From: an uncultured Acidobacteriota bacterium
GTDB lineage: Bacteria > Acidobacteriota > UBA6911
DNA: 64,000 nt
NCBI GenBank assembly: GCA_963809485.1
Contig: CAWEJX010000007.1
Location: forward strand, 608,001-672,000
Reading direction: 5' to 3'
The notes under the pieces are model-generated. The model ran no database searches, was not told where the DNA came from, and saw only the letters and a list, made by a program, of their open reading frames with translations. Below are positions 1-10,311 of this stretch, in pieces; the stretch's first letter is position 1; each line of letters begins with the position of its first letter. The position numbers and the translations under genes were made by a program.

Positions 1-40
1 GTTTTGCGACAGTCCCTCCAGATCCGTTCGGCGGGTCTTC

Positions 41-1276
41 TTACCTGTATTTGCCGTATTCCTTGGTGAAATCAATCATTGTCTTCAGGTTCTCGGGCTT
101 GACTTCGTCGAGCGCCGAGGCGGGCGCCATGATGTAGCCCCCGTCCTTGCCCGCGACGTCGATAAGCCGCTTGCAGATATTTTTCACGTCGTCGATGGTG
201 CCCACCTGAAGCACCGAAACCGGCATATTGCCCGCGATACACACCTTGCCGCCCAGGATCTGCTTTGCCCGCACCATGTCGATCTGATCGAAGCGCGCTA
301 TGACTTTGCCTTTCGGCATCTCCGCAAGGTGTTCCAGCCGCGAATTGTAGTCGCCTTCGAAGAAGATATCCGGTGTGTATCCTGCATCCACGAGGGCCTG
401 GATGACTTTTTTCAGGTAAGGCCAGTAGAAAATCTCGAACTGTTTCAGCGACATGAACCCATGCGCTCCGCGGTGCAGAGCCATGAAAGCGGGGGTGAAT
501 TGAGTTGCTTTGGGCAGCTGTGCGATCCGCTCGAGCTGAATGCGATTTATCATTTCGATAGCCTGCAGAAGCTTTTCGGGGCGGCGGTACATATCCAGCA
601 TTGTGCCGCGCATGCCGCGCAGGAAATCGGAGATGCTGTCGAACGGCGCTCCTGCCATGGCGGGCGCAGCCCGGCAGAACAAACCATGTTCCGTCAGATC
701 GCGCATGAGGGAAGCGGTTTCGGTCTGCCACTCGACCGCCTCGCGCGATATCTGGATCAGCTTTTCCAGCATGCCGGAAAACTCGGGAGTGGCGATTGCG
801 TTGAAGGGGAGGCCCGTCATAAGAGCGTTCAAGGGAGGAAGCTTGCCGGCCGGCGCCAGGATGCCGTAAACGCGGGGGAGGTAGCGGCGGACCAGGAAGT
901 CGGAGGTGTCGTTGAGAAGGAGGTCGTACTCGTCCTCGAGCATGTACTCGCCTTCGACGAACTGGTGCGTGTGGTAGCGGGAGACTCCGTGGCCGGGCCA
1001 GCGCAGCTGTTTGGAATCCAGGGCTTCCAGGACGTTGCCCGACTGGTTCAGGACGACGAGGAGCCTGTCGGGCCCGTAGTAGCGGGCGGCTTTGATGTAA
1101 GCCTCCTTCCAGGCCGGCCAGTCGTAGTAAGCGGCCCAGGTGGTTGTGCCGGTGAATTTGGCCGGGAAGTAATTCAGCCCGATCGAAATCGGCACGCGGT
1201 CCGGCGTTTTGAGCTGCACCGCGTCCATGAGCCTTTGTTCTCTCTCTCTGAATGCCTTTTCCGCTGCTTGATCCAT
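41..1276 (-). CDS. Uroporphyrinogen decarboxylase family protein (MtaA/CmuA-like)
   Basis: KTPDRVP N-terminal motif, PFDSISDFLRGM, FMSLKQFEIFYWP, C-terminal GGYIMAPA...VKPEN; AAGGAG SD before ATG 1276. Confidence 0.85.
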   Translation of the reverse strand: MDQAAEKAFREREQRLMDAVQLKTPDRVPISIGLNYFPAKFTGTTTWAAYYDWPAWKEAYIKAARYYGPDRLLVVLNQSGNVLEALDSKQLRWPGHGVSRYHTHQFVEGEYMLEDEYDLLLNDTSDFLVRRYLPRVYGILAPAGKLPPLNALMTGLPFNAIATPEFSGMLEKLIQISREAVEWQTETASLMRDLTEHGLFCRAAPAMAGAPFDSISDFLRGMRGTMLDMYRRPEKLLQAIEMINRIQLERIAQLPKATQFTPAFMALHRGAHGFMSLKQFEIFYWPYLKKVIQALVDAGYTPDIFFEGDYNSRLEHLAEMPKGKVIARFDQIDMVRAKQILGGKVCIAGNMPVSVLQVGTIDDVKNICKRLIDVAGKDGGYIMAPASALDEVKPENLKTMIDFTKEYGKYR

Positions 1277-1568
1277 GGTTTTCTCCTTTTGAGTCTTCAA
1301 GTCCTGGAGTTTTCGAGTATAGCAAAAATCCGGCAAACCGTGCCTGACGCTCATTGTTGCCGCGCTTTGCCCTTTTGAGTCAGTCGTCAAACCGGGAGTC
1401 GTCCGATTATACACGGCGCGACATGCCTGCGCCCAAGCCAAAAGAGCGCTATCAAGCTATCATTTTTGTGACAACGGCTTACCAGAGGCTGTCCGATTCA
1501 CACAAAAAAGCTATGAAACGGCGGGTGACATTCTGGGGGAGACCGGATAAACTGCAGACAGATTTTGT

Positions 1569-1654
1569 GCCGGGGTGGCGGAACTGGCAGACGCACAGGA
1601 CTTAAAATCCTGGGCCTGGCAACGGGCGTGCGGGTTCGATTCCCGCCCTCGGCA
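1569..1654 (+). tRNA. trnL: tRNA-Leu(TAA), long variable arm, CCA not encoded
   Basis: GCCGGGG/CCTCGGC acceptor stem, CAGGA-CTTAAAA-TCCTG anticodon arm, GCGGG-TTCGATT-CCCGC T arm. Confidence 0.97.
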
Positions 1655-1849
1655 CTCAAAACAAAGCACTTGCGCCATTTCAAAAACCTCCGCAAAACCC
1701 GAAAAAGGGCCCTGTTGTACTTGAATTGTACTTATTGCACTAAAAAACGCCTATAGGAAATTAGATAAGCAGCTTATCAAGGGATGAACTGCTTATCTTG
1801 CACCGAGATACGGGCGCTGCTGCATAACTAAAGGGAGGCGATTGGCAAA

Positions 1850-3205
1850 ATGCCTGGCGACATATCTTTCGAAAAAAACCTGCCCCAGAGCGTCGATTCG
1901 GAAAAGGCTGTGCTTGGGGCGATCCTCCTGCATGAGAAGGCGATCTTCGCCGCGTCCGAAGTCTTGGTCGCCGACGATTTCTATCTCGAAGCCCACCGCG
2001 AGATATTCAAGGCGATGCGCTCCCTGGTCGAGGAGGAGGCCTCGATAGATCTCTTCACGCTCAGGGAGGAACTGCGCCGCCGGAACAAGGAGGAGGCCGC
2101 GGGAGGACCCGCCTACCTGGCGGCGCTGACCGACGGACTGCCTCGAGCACTCAACATCGGTCACTACGCCAGGACCGTCCGGGAAAAGGCGGCTTCCCGG
2201 CAGCTGATCGGCTTGGCCAACGAAATGACCGCCCGCTGCTACCGTGGAGAGGAACGCCCCGCCGAAATCCTCGAGCGGGTGGAATCGCAGATCTTCAGCA
2301 TAGCCGCGCGAGATGTCAGGGGAGGATTCCAGCCGGCGCTGGAACTCGCCGGGGCCGCCTATAGGGAAATCGAGGAGTCTTCGAGAAACAAGGGGATCGT
2401 GCAGGGGCTGGACACGGGCTTCGCAGACCTCAATAGGATGACGGGAGGGCTGCACGGGCAGAACCTGGTGGTGGTCGCGGCAAGACCCGGGCTCGGCAAG
2501 ACCTCCTTCTGCCTCAACATCGCCTGTCACTCGGCGCTCGCCCACGGGAAACGTGTCGGCATCCTCAGCCTCGAAATGTCCAAGTCGGAGATCATGAAGC
2601 GCATGATCTCCTCGGTTGCCGGGGTCGACGCCAACCGCATCCAGTCGGGATACCTCGCGAGGGACGACTGGGACAGGATCAACCGGGCCACCGACGACCT
2701 TTCCGCCGCTCCCATCTATATAGATGATACGGCAAACCTGACCTTACTCCAGGTGAGGGCGAAAGCTCAGCGCCTCGCCCTGGAGCACGGAGTCGATCTC
2801 TTGATCGTCGACTACCTGCAATTGGTATCGGGGTCCGGTCGCAGGTACGAGAACCGAACCCAGGAAGTGACCGAGATCAGCCGCGGTCTGAAGCATCTCG
2901 CGAAGGAACTGAACGTGCCCGTCATCGCCGTTTCCCAGCTGAACAGGGAGGTGGAGAAAAGGGCCGGAAGCAGGAAGCCGCAGCTCAGCGACCTGAGGGA
3001 AAGCGGCGCCATCGAGGCGGACGCGGATCTCGTGCTTTTCATCTCAAGGGAAGAGGACGCCAGCCCGGACGGCGACGACACGGCGGAAATCCTGATCGGA
3101 AAGCAGAGGAACGGAAGCACGGGAAGCTTCAGGCTGACGTTCCAGAAACGGATTACGAGGTTTTTTGACCTTTGCGAAAGAGATGTGCAAGTTGGCAACA
3201 AGTAG
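1850..3205 (+). CDS. dnaB: Replicative DNA helicase, element-borne copy
   Basis: AARPGLGKT Walker A, SLEMS, IVDYLQL, SQLNR, SDLRESGAIE, KQRNG. Confidence 0.95.
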   Translation: MPGDISFEKNLPQSVDSEKAVLGAILLHEKAIFAASEVLVADDFYLEAHREIFKAMRSLVEEEASIDLFTLREELRRRNKEEAAGGPAYLAALTDGLPRALNIGHYARTVREKAASRQLIGLANEMTARCYRGEERPAEILERVESQIFSIAARDVRGGFQPALELAGAAYREIEESSRNKGIVQGLDTGFADLNRMTGGLHGQNLVVVAARPGLGKTSFCLNIACHSALAHGKRVGILSLEMSKSEIMKRMISSVAGVDANRIQSGYLARDDWDRINRATDDLSAAPIYIDDTANLTLLQVRAKAQRLALEHGVDLLIVDYLQLVSGSGRRYENRTQEVTEISRGLKHLAKELNVPVIAVSQLNREVEKRAGSRKPQLSDLRESGAIEADADLVLFISREEDASPDGDDTAEILIGKQRNGSTGSFRLTFQKRITRFFDLCERDVQVGNK

Positions 3206-3968
3206 AAAAGATATTTCCAGAATGACGCGCTTCGAGGTATTCAAGCGTGACAACTTCAAGTGCCAGTACTGCGGTCGCCCGTCTCCCGAGGCGATCCTCC
3301 ATGTCGACCACATCAAGCCGATTGCCGCCAATGGAGACAATGCTATCTCCAACCTGATCACTTCCTGCAAGGAGTGCAACCTCGGCAAGGGACCGCGCGA
3401 GTTGTCAGACCGCTCCACAGTTGAAAAACAGCGGATGCAACTCGAAGAGCTGAATGAAAGGCGGTTGCAGCTGGAGATGATGATCGAATGGAGAGAGGGG
3501 CTGAGCCGGCTTGAGGATCAGAAAATCGACGCGCTCACAAAAGTGATCCAACAGACTGCCAAATGCGAAGTGACAGGGACCGGGAAGCAGAGCATCCAAA
3601 AGTGGCTCAAGCGTTTCACCCTGGAAGATCTGCTCCTCGCGGCCGAGGAAGCGAGATTTTATCTCGATTATGAAGAAGATTCGATCACTGAAGATTCCAG
3701 GTGCAAATACTTTGAGTTCATCCCGAGGATAGCTGCCGTGAAAAAACGGGAGCGGGATAAGCCGTACCTAAAGGATATCTATTATATCCGGGGAATCCTG
3801 CGCAAGAGGCTCAGCTATGTGGACGACTTTCTATCCATCAGGCTCATGGAAGCGGCCGTGGAAGCGGGGGTTGATATCGAGTTGATCAAAGAAATTGCCC
3901 TTACGGCTCGCAGCTGGAACAAGTTTCAGTATGAAGTCGAGAGGTTGATCGACCAGGAGGAGGAGTAA
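3183..3968 (+). CDS. HNH endonuclease with helical C-terminal domain
   Basis: RFEVFKRDNFKCQYCG...HVDHIKP...NLITSCKECNLGK; overlaps dnaB stop; exact start uncertain. Confidence 0.9.
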   Translation: MCKLATSRKDISRMTRFEVFKRDNFKCQYCGRPSPEAILHVDHIKPIAANGDNAISNLITSCKECNLGKGPRELSDRSTVEKQRMQLEELNERRLQLEMMIEWREGLSRLEDQKIDALTKVIQQTAKCEVTGTGKQSIQKWLKRFTLEDLLLAAEEARFYLDYEEDSITEDSRCKYFEFIPRIAAVKKRERDKPYLKDIYYIRGILRKRLSYVDDFLSIRLMEAAVEAGVDIELIKEIALTARSWNKFQYEVERLIDQEEE

Positions 3969-4865
3969 ATGGCGAGGATCAGGCAGATCAAACCGGAGTT
4001 TTACCTGGATGACGAGCTTGCCCAATGCAGCATGGAGGCCAGGCTTCTCTTCCCCGGTCTATGGATGCTGGCCGATCGTGCCGGCAGACTGGAAAACAGG
4101 CCTGCGAAGATCAAGGCTCAGATCTTTCCATATGACAGCGACATCGACGCTACGAAAACAGCCGAACTGCTGGCGCAGCTGGATGCTCACCGGTTCATTC
4201 TGATCTATGAGGTCAACGGCAAGTCGTACATCCAGATTCGGACGTTTGAAAAGCACCAGCACTGCCACCGGAACGAGCAGCCGTCGCAGATTCCCGCTCC
4301 GAATCAAGATAGGCACAACGAGAAATGTGCCGAAGCGGCGCCGGCATCGGAGCGGAACGATTCGGATCCGCAGGAACTCGGGGCAGATTCCGAGCGCTCG
4401 GGAAAAATCCCGAGCACTCGGGATACTTATACATATACTTCTACTAATACTTCTACAGACACTTCTACTTCCGCGGCTGACGCCGCCGTGTCGAAGAATC
4501 CGGAGGTCCTGGTAGAAATCTATAAATCGGAAAACAAAGTCCTGCCCCAGGTGATGGAGTTCACCCAGGAGCGCAGAAAGCAGTGCCGGACCAGGCTGGC
4601 GAGGGAGCCGGCGAAATTCATAGACCGCTTCACGAGGGCGGTGATCAAGGCGCAGGAGACTCCTTTCCTCCGGGGGGAGGGGCCGACAGGCTGGAAGGCC
4701 GATTTCGACTGGTTTATCGCAAACGACCGCAACGTCGTAAAAGTGCTCGAGGGCAAATACGACACTCATTCCCGGGCGGGTCCGGGCCCGGATCGCGGAA
4801 ACGTGTTCCAGAAACTGAGGCAAAACGAGAAAGGAGGCAATCATGGATCTGATCGCGTGGCTTGA
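3969..4865 (+). CDS. Phage replication initiator (replisome organizer-like)
   Basis: MARIRQIKPEF N-terminus, LADRAGRL, low-complexity TYTYTSTNTST linker, C-terminal WKADFDW...KVLEGKYD. Confidence 0.8.
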   Translation: MARIRQIKPEFYLDDELAQCSMEARLLFPGLWMLADRAGRLENRPAKIKAQIFPYDSDIDATKTAELLAQLDAHRFILIYEVNGKSYIQIRTFEKHQHCHRNEQPSQIPAPNQDRHNEKCAEAAPASERNDSDPQELGADSERSGKIPSTRDTYTYTSTNTSTDTSTSAADAAVSKNPEVLVEIYKSENKVLPQVMEFTQERRKQCRTRLAREPAKFIDRFTRAVIKAQETPFLRGEGPTGWKADFDWFIANDRNVVKVLEGKYDTHSRAGPGPDRGNVFQKLRQNEKGGNHGSDRVA

Positions 4866-5169
4866 AGACCTGGCATCGGCCTACAGGATCGAGCCCTCGG
4901 AGCAGACCGCCAGGCGATACCTGCGGTCGCTGAGGCAATGGCGCCTGGAGCGTGCGCAGTGGGAGCAACTGTCGGACCGCGCGGTGCTGCGGTACTCCAG
5001 GTTCCCGAGCATCTCGGAGCTCTTTGAAATAGCTGGCGAACTCAGGCGCGAGGCCGAGCTCCGCAGGAACACGGAAAGGATGGATAGCATGCGGCAGGAC
5101 TGGGAGCGGAAGGCGGGCGGAGCGGAGGGAAAGGTCAGCGAATTCAGGTCACGCACAAAACTTTCATGA
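4843..5169 (+). CDS. Small protein, possible helicase loader/inhibitor (G39P-like)
   Basis: AGGAGG SD, overlaps initiator stop, RFPSISEL motif; function inferred from position. Confidence 0.5.
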   Translation: MDLIAWLEDLASAYRIEPSEQTARRYLRSLRQWRLERAQWEQLSDRAVLRYSRFPSISELFEIAGELRREAELRRNTERMDSMRQDWERKAGGAEGKVSEFRSRTKLS

Positions 5170-5225
5170 TGATCAATGAACACCGGGGGATACGGCTCAA
5201 AGACGTTAATAATCCCTTCTCTTTC

Positions 5226-5276
5226 GGGGGGTGAACGGAACGGAAAACGGAAAGCCAAAAAAGTCTACGGCCGATG
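5226..5276 (+). repeat. About 50-bp direct repeat, copy 1 (copy 2 at about 6199-6250)
   Basis: gggggtgaacggaacggaaaacggaaa...ggccgatg present twice. Confidence 0.85.
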
Positions 5277-5467
5277 ACTGCCACCAGGACATGATCCGGG
5301 GCTGCGTGGGAGGAAATCAGAGCATGAAAGAATTCAGCTGAATCTTCGTTCGATTTCGGAAAACGTGGTTTTCACTGCCAGGCAAATGGCCGAGTTTTTG
5401 GACATATATTTTTCCTGCGGAGATTGTTACTCTTTGTCCGGCAGGCTAACTCATCGGAGGTGTTCCC

Positions 5468-6049
5468 ATGAAGATTGGAATTGTTTGGCTATCGATATTG
5501 TTGCTCATTGGTACCATCGTCCTTGCCCAGAACGCTATGCCGCCTCGGGGCAAGACAACCATCGACAAACTGGCCTCCATCGACTACGGGCGTCCTTCAC
5601 TGAAGGGCCGAAGCATCGATGACATGTTCCAAAAGCTGCCGGCCGATCGCGTCTGGCGCGCCGGCCAGAACCAGGTCACAATTCTCACGGCAGACCAGGA
5701 TCTTCTGGTTGGAAAAACAAAGATCCCAGCGGGCAAATACAGCGTTTATGTACACATAGGCGAAAGCGGCGAATGGTCACTCATCCTCAGTAGAGATCTG
5801 GGGAATGATCTCGTCAACATTTTCCCCAAGGCTCCGCCGCAAATGGCTCACGAAAAATGGCCCTATTACACCAACTACACCGAGAAAATCGCAGGCCAAG
5901 AAGTGGCTAGGGTCCCGATGCGGTCCGAAAAGCTTTCTGTCCCGGTGGACATGTTCACCATTGAGCTGATTCCGGATAAAAACGGCGGTATCCTCAAAAT
6001 GTCGTGGGGAGATCGCGCAGCATCAATCGCCATCACGCCGGCAAAATAG
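5468..6049 (+). CDS. DUF2911-domain secreted protein
   Basis: Signal peptide, IDYGRPSLKGR, VWRAGQN, IPAGKYS; GGAGG SD. Confidence 0.85.
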   Translation: MKIGIVWLSILLLIGTIVLAQNAMPPRGKTTIDKLASIDYGRPSLKGRSIDDMFQKLPADRVWRAGQNQVTILTADQDLLVGKTKIPAGKYSVYVHIGESGEWSLILSRDLGNDLVNIFPKAPPQMAHEKWPYYTNYTEKIAGQEVARVPMRSEKLSVPVDMFTIELIPDKNGGILKMSWGDRAASIAITPAK

Positions 6050-6344
6050 CGGCCGGCGGAGATCCTCACATGGGGCGTTTATCATGCACCACTGTCTAGC
6101 CACAAGGAGCGAGCGCATGAAACTACCGCTTATTATGAAGAGGGATACCGCCGGAAAACTTTCCGCGGAATATTCCATCCGCTTCACCCCCCCCTTTAGG
6201 GGGTGAACGGAACGGAAAACGGAAAACCAAAAACTGTCTGTGGGCCGATGCAAAATTCTGGCGAGGTGGATCAGTGAGCCATGGTGATTAGAAGCCGGCA
6301 GCTTTCAATTGTGTTCGATATCGAGTCCGTGAGTTGAAGAACTC

Positions 6345-6824
6345 CTACGTCAGTTCCACGAGCAACTCATGAATCTCTATGATACGACCTTGGCGAACCT
6401 TGAAGAACGCAGCAACTTCGAGGCGTATGAGGCCGCCCTTTGGATAACCTGCTATGTCCTGGCTTGTGATAGCTGACCACGTATAGTGCATGGCGCCCGC
6501 GGAACCATTTGCAACGACTTGCTGAAGAACCACGCGCCGATTTAAAAGGACCGATTGGCCAGCGGCAAGCGCTGGTCTTATTTGCGCCAGCGAACCCTTT
6601 CTTCCTTGCGGGTACATTTTCGTAGGCGACTCAGTCCAGACACAGTCTTCATCATAAAGCTGGAGGAACCGATCCGAGCCGTAGAAAGTTGGTGTTCCGT
6701 CGTTGTAGAGTTCGACCCACCGTCGCGCAACGGCCGCAGCATCCTCGTTTTCCGCTGCATGGCGGCAACTGACCGAAAGCAGTGATGCGCTCATCCAGAG
6801 CAACGCTATAAATCTCGACTTCAT
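6345..6824 (-). CDS. SnoaL/NTF2-like lipoprotein
   Basis: Lipobox-like LSVSC, LYDEDCVW, FKVRQGRIIEIHE; GGAGG SD. Confidence 0.75.
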   Translation of the reverse strand: MKSRFIALLWMSASLLSVSCRHAAENEDAAAVARRWVELYNDGTPTFYGSDRFLQLYDEDCVWTESPTKMYPQGRKGSLAQIRPALAAGQSVLLNRRVVLQQVVANGSAGAMHYTWSAITSQDIAGYPKGGLIRLEVAAFFKVRQGRIIEIHELLVELT

Positions 6825-6958
6825 GGCAAACCTCCGCATAGGGCTTTGCTGATTGACGAAAGATCAAGCCTCCAGGTTCATTTTGCGCAGCAGGGCGTGG
6901 CGGCGCGCATGGTCAGCAAGTGCCATGATTTTATTCAGACCATCCTGTTAGGAGCATT

Positions 6959-7213
6959 TTACTGAATTCGGTAAACCACGTTAGCCTTGTCACCGCCGAC
7001 ATAGATCGCGCCGGACGGGCCGACAGCCACGCCGTCAAATGTTCCAAATGGAATACCCATCAGCTGCGGAGAGCCGAGTTCAAGATTCTCCGCCACCGAA
7101 CTTACAGCTCCGCTCTGTGGATCAATCCGCGAAAGCCTGCCTGCCGAGCTTTCAACAACCAGCAAGTTGCCGTCTGCCTCAATAGCAATCCCCTCCGGCC
7201 CCTTCAGGTTGCT
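6959..7213 (-). pseudogene. C-terminal fragment of NHL/SMP-30-type beta-propeller protein
   Basis: NLKGPEGIAIEADGNLLVVE...DGVAVGPSGAIYV without an N-terminus. Confidence 0.65.
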
Positions 7214-7389
7214 AATTGCGGGAGAGGCTTTTGAGCCAATGATTCATCAGCCGCCTCCTTCTTTCGATCACGCTGAAGGTTTTCTGATCACGGCAGGATC
7301 GCAGCAGGCAACGCCCGCTTTCCCAATAATATGGGCCTGAATTTGGCTTATCCGGTGTCGCCCAGAATCCGTCTGAGGCTGAAGCAGGC

Positions 7390-7480
7390 ACGATATCCCC
7401 AGGCTCCAATCCTGCCCGCGCCGCCGCTGAACCGGGCTGCACGGTCTTGATCAACACTCCAACGGGCAATCCTTTTTTGT
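7390..7480 (-). pseudogene. PDZ-domain fragment
   Basis: GVLIKTVQPGSAAARAGLEPGDIV. Confidence 0.6.
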
Positions 7481-7575
7481 CTGTAATAGCTTGCCAGCTC
7501 ATACCATGAGATCAGTTCATGGGCGATGCCGCAGAGAGTGTCCGATGATGGTTTCAGCGCCATCCGCGTTTCATA

Positions 7576-7820
7576 ATGCATTTTATGCGTGCCTTGAGTT
7601 CATGGTTCAATATGGCGGAGCGCTGGTTTGGCGATATCAGCGGCAAGTGTTTACGGTGCGGAAGCTTCTCCAATGCTCTATCTTTTATCAACGCAATCAA
7701 TGATTATTTTGGCAACCGCAACCATAGCCCCCGAGCGTTCGTTCGGACTGCAAATCCGGCAACGATTCTGGAGAAGATCGCATAAGCAAGGAAGCTCTTG
7801 TTACGTTACGCCGGCACTGA
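7576..7820 (+). mobile_element. IS630-family transposase C-terminal remnant
   Basis: SSWFNMAERWF...RCGSF...AINDY...PRAFVRTA...ILEKI. Confidence 0.8.
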
Positions 7821-8159
7821 AATTTCCACAAAGCTGCCGCCCCCGGGAACTGTGGGCAGTCCCCTGGGCTTGGCAACTCCGAGCAGGTATTCGTCCCGAT
7901 ACAGGATTGCAAAGCACCGGGGAACATCAGGCTCGACCCAGGGCGGACGAACCCAACGCAGATCGCTGCCCGGCCGCAGAATTGTGTCTGGATTTACCGG
8001 GGTTCCATCCAGGAGGACACGGCCGGATTCAATCCGAGCCAGCCACTCTTGCCGTGTGAATCCCGAATAGTGCACGGACAGGTACTCAATCGCCGTGATG
8101 CCGGCGACATCCGCCCCGAGATGCTTTCTGTATTCGAAACCATGGTTCCATAGAGCCAT
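7806..8159 (-). pseudogene. RluA-family pseudouridine synthase, N-terminal part truncated at the IS630 remnant
   Basis: S4-like region plus ILYRDEYLLGVAKPRGLPTVPGG; HRLD catalytic motif absent. Confidence 0.8.
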
Positions 8160-8522
8160 TTGCCGGTGTCCTTGAAGCAGAAGTCTGATATTTCCGGGAG
8201 CGTTATTCACGCCTTTTTATGCGCGATCCGGCGTCATCCGCTTTCCTGTGCCGCCGGGTTATCAGACCCGATGGGATAGTTTGGATTAAGCCACGTGATA
8301 ACAACTGCGGGCGGGGGCGCAAACCCAGGCCGCAATCGTTTTATCGCGGTATGTGAACATTTGGCGGTACGGCTCTGGAGAGCCTGCGCCACATGTGAGT
8401 TCGGAAAAGGAGGAAAAACCGGAGGAGCTGTTGTTGAAATCCGGAGGAATCAAGTATGATTGCACGACTCAAAGCAACCAGATCTCCGGGCTGACCCGGA
8501 GCGATTCGGAGGAGAGGTGCTC

Positions 8523-10310
8523 ATGAATATTCCTATGCATCGATTCAAGTATTCGAAGCTGACACCACAGCAGATTGGGGAAAAACTCAAGGCTACCGAC
8601 GCCGGACCGAAATCCGTGTCGGCATTATCGGATGTCCTTGCCGGCAAGTCCTACAAAATCGTGACGGATAGTGGACCGGTTTTAAACTATGAGTTCACCG
8701 GCAGGAATCAGTTGACGCTGTCTGAAAACAACGGCGCCAAAGTCAAGGCTGCCTATGGCGCCCTGACATTGAAGCAAATTGTCTTTTTCTCCCACATGAT
8801 CCCCGGAACTTTCAGGGGCTTCAACGTATTCGTGGATCTCCAGACAAATCTTGCCACAGTGTTTGAAATTTGGCTCTGCAGTGACAAGAAGCAAATTACT
8901 ATGTCAAAAAAGGAAATCGTCCTGGATCCTCGAGAAGTACAGCGCCAGATCTATTTCGGTTACGTTGAAATCTCCGGGAAAGAGCCTCCCGAAACACGCC
9001 ACAACCTTACCAACAGGATTGAAGGGAAGGGAATACATTGGACGCAGGACAACGGCGTCGAAACCCTGGAACTGTACACCTCGGTTGTTTCCTCAAATTT
9101 CGTAGAACTGACGCGGCACGTGGATGATCTCGGCTATTGCGCACCGTCGGATTATGTCCTGATCAACGACACCATGTTCATCTATTCCCGGACTGAATGC
9201 GAATTTTCCGGAATCTTCACGCTCTTTGTCGCAGACCTTTTCTCTGAGACCCAGGCAGGTGTACGCCTCGGCTTCAATGAAAAGGATGAACTGGAATACT
9301 ACATGTTCCGCGGAACCGGCAAAATCGTGGGCCAGATTGCCTACCTGGAACCGTTCGATGAGCATGGCAAAAAGGGCATGGTGGCTCAGGCAAAAACCGA
9401 TTCGAAAACTCCGGAGAAGGGGCAGCGAATGGTTTACCGTCCTGTGAGAGACTTCCCGTATATGACCGATGAAGAAATGCACCAGGCAGCGATGAATAGC
9501 ACCAAAGCCTTTGCCGGCGGAGCTGTGGCGGCGGCTCAGGCGAATGTCACCAGGAATAATATGGCCTTTACCGATATGCTGGTCGGCAAAGAATTCACGC
9601 TCCGGTATGATAACGGCGGACCTTGTTGGCAATACAAGTTCACAGAAAAATTCAAGCTCCAATATAAGGAAGAAAAGGAAACTCGGTGGCATGAAGTTGA
9701 ATATCGAGCCTATGAAGGAGATGAAAAACTGGCGTTTTTTGCGCATATTCTCGAGGACAGCAAGCCGCGTTCGAGCGTGAAAATCGCCGTCGATTTTTTA
9801 AACGGGTTGACCACCTGCATCTACTCCCATATGGGAACCAAGTATTATGGAAATGAAACGACCTATCGCCCACTTTTCGGAGTGGCGGAAGGAAAAGGAT
9901 TCGAAGCGCCGCAACATATGCGCCACGAATGTACCGATGAGCTGGTAGGTCATGCCTTCTCATGGTCGTATAGTGACAAGATGACCTCGCTGCACGTGTA
10001 TACCTCCCCTCACTCCATGACCTGGACCATTTTCACCGACAACCAGACCATGGGCGCGCAGTGGGCGTCACCCTGCATCTTTGTCAAACTCCGGGATGGA
10101 GTTTATATCTTTACTCAGAATGAAGAGGCCTGCAACGGCAACGAGATGATCGAGTTGATCAATACGAAGATATCGCATGACTGCGGCTTCAATTATTCGG
10201 GTAGCGCAAAGGGTGTGAATCTCGGCGTGACGGGCGCTATCGGGCGTCACATCGGATATTTCGACATCAAGAAATTCTACGGCCCCAAAGTTCACGGGAA
10301 AGGAGCCTAG
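8523..10310 (+). CDS. MoaF-like protein with internal duplication
   Basis: Two related halves (LAGKSYKIVTDSG..LNYEF / LVGKEFTLRYDNG..WQYKF); GAGGTG SD. Confidence 0.7.
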   Translation: MNIPMHRFKYSKLTPQQIGEKLKATDAGPKSVSALSDVLAGKSYKIVTDSGPVLNYEFTGRNQLTLSENNGAKVKAAYGALTLKQIVFFSHMIPGTFRGFNVFVDLQTNLATVFEIWLCSDKKQITMSKKEIVLDPREVQRQIYFGYVEISGKEPPETRHNLTNRIEGKGIHWTQDNGVETLELYTSVVSSNFVELTRHVDDLGYCAPSDYVLINDTMFIYSRTECEFSGIFTLFVADLFSETQAGVRLGFNEKDELEYYMFRGTGKIVGQIAYLEPFDEHGKKGMVAQAKTDSKTPEKGQRMVYRPVRDFPYMTDEEMHQAAMNSTKAFAGGAVAAAQANVTRNNMAFTDMLVGKEFTLRYDNGGPCWQYKFTEKFKLQYKEEKETRWHEVEYRAYEGDEKLAFFAHILEDSKPRSSVKIAVDFLNGLTTCIYSHMGTKYYGNETTYRPLFGVAEGKGFEAPQHMRHECTDELVGHAFSWSYSDKMTSLHVYTSPHSMTWTIFTDNQTMGAQWASPCIFVKLRDGVYIFTQNEEACNGNEMIELINTKISHDCGFNYSGSAKGVNLGVTGAIGRHIGYFDIKKFYGPKVHGKGA

Positions 10311-10311
10311 G

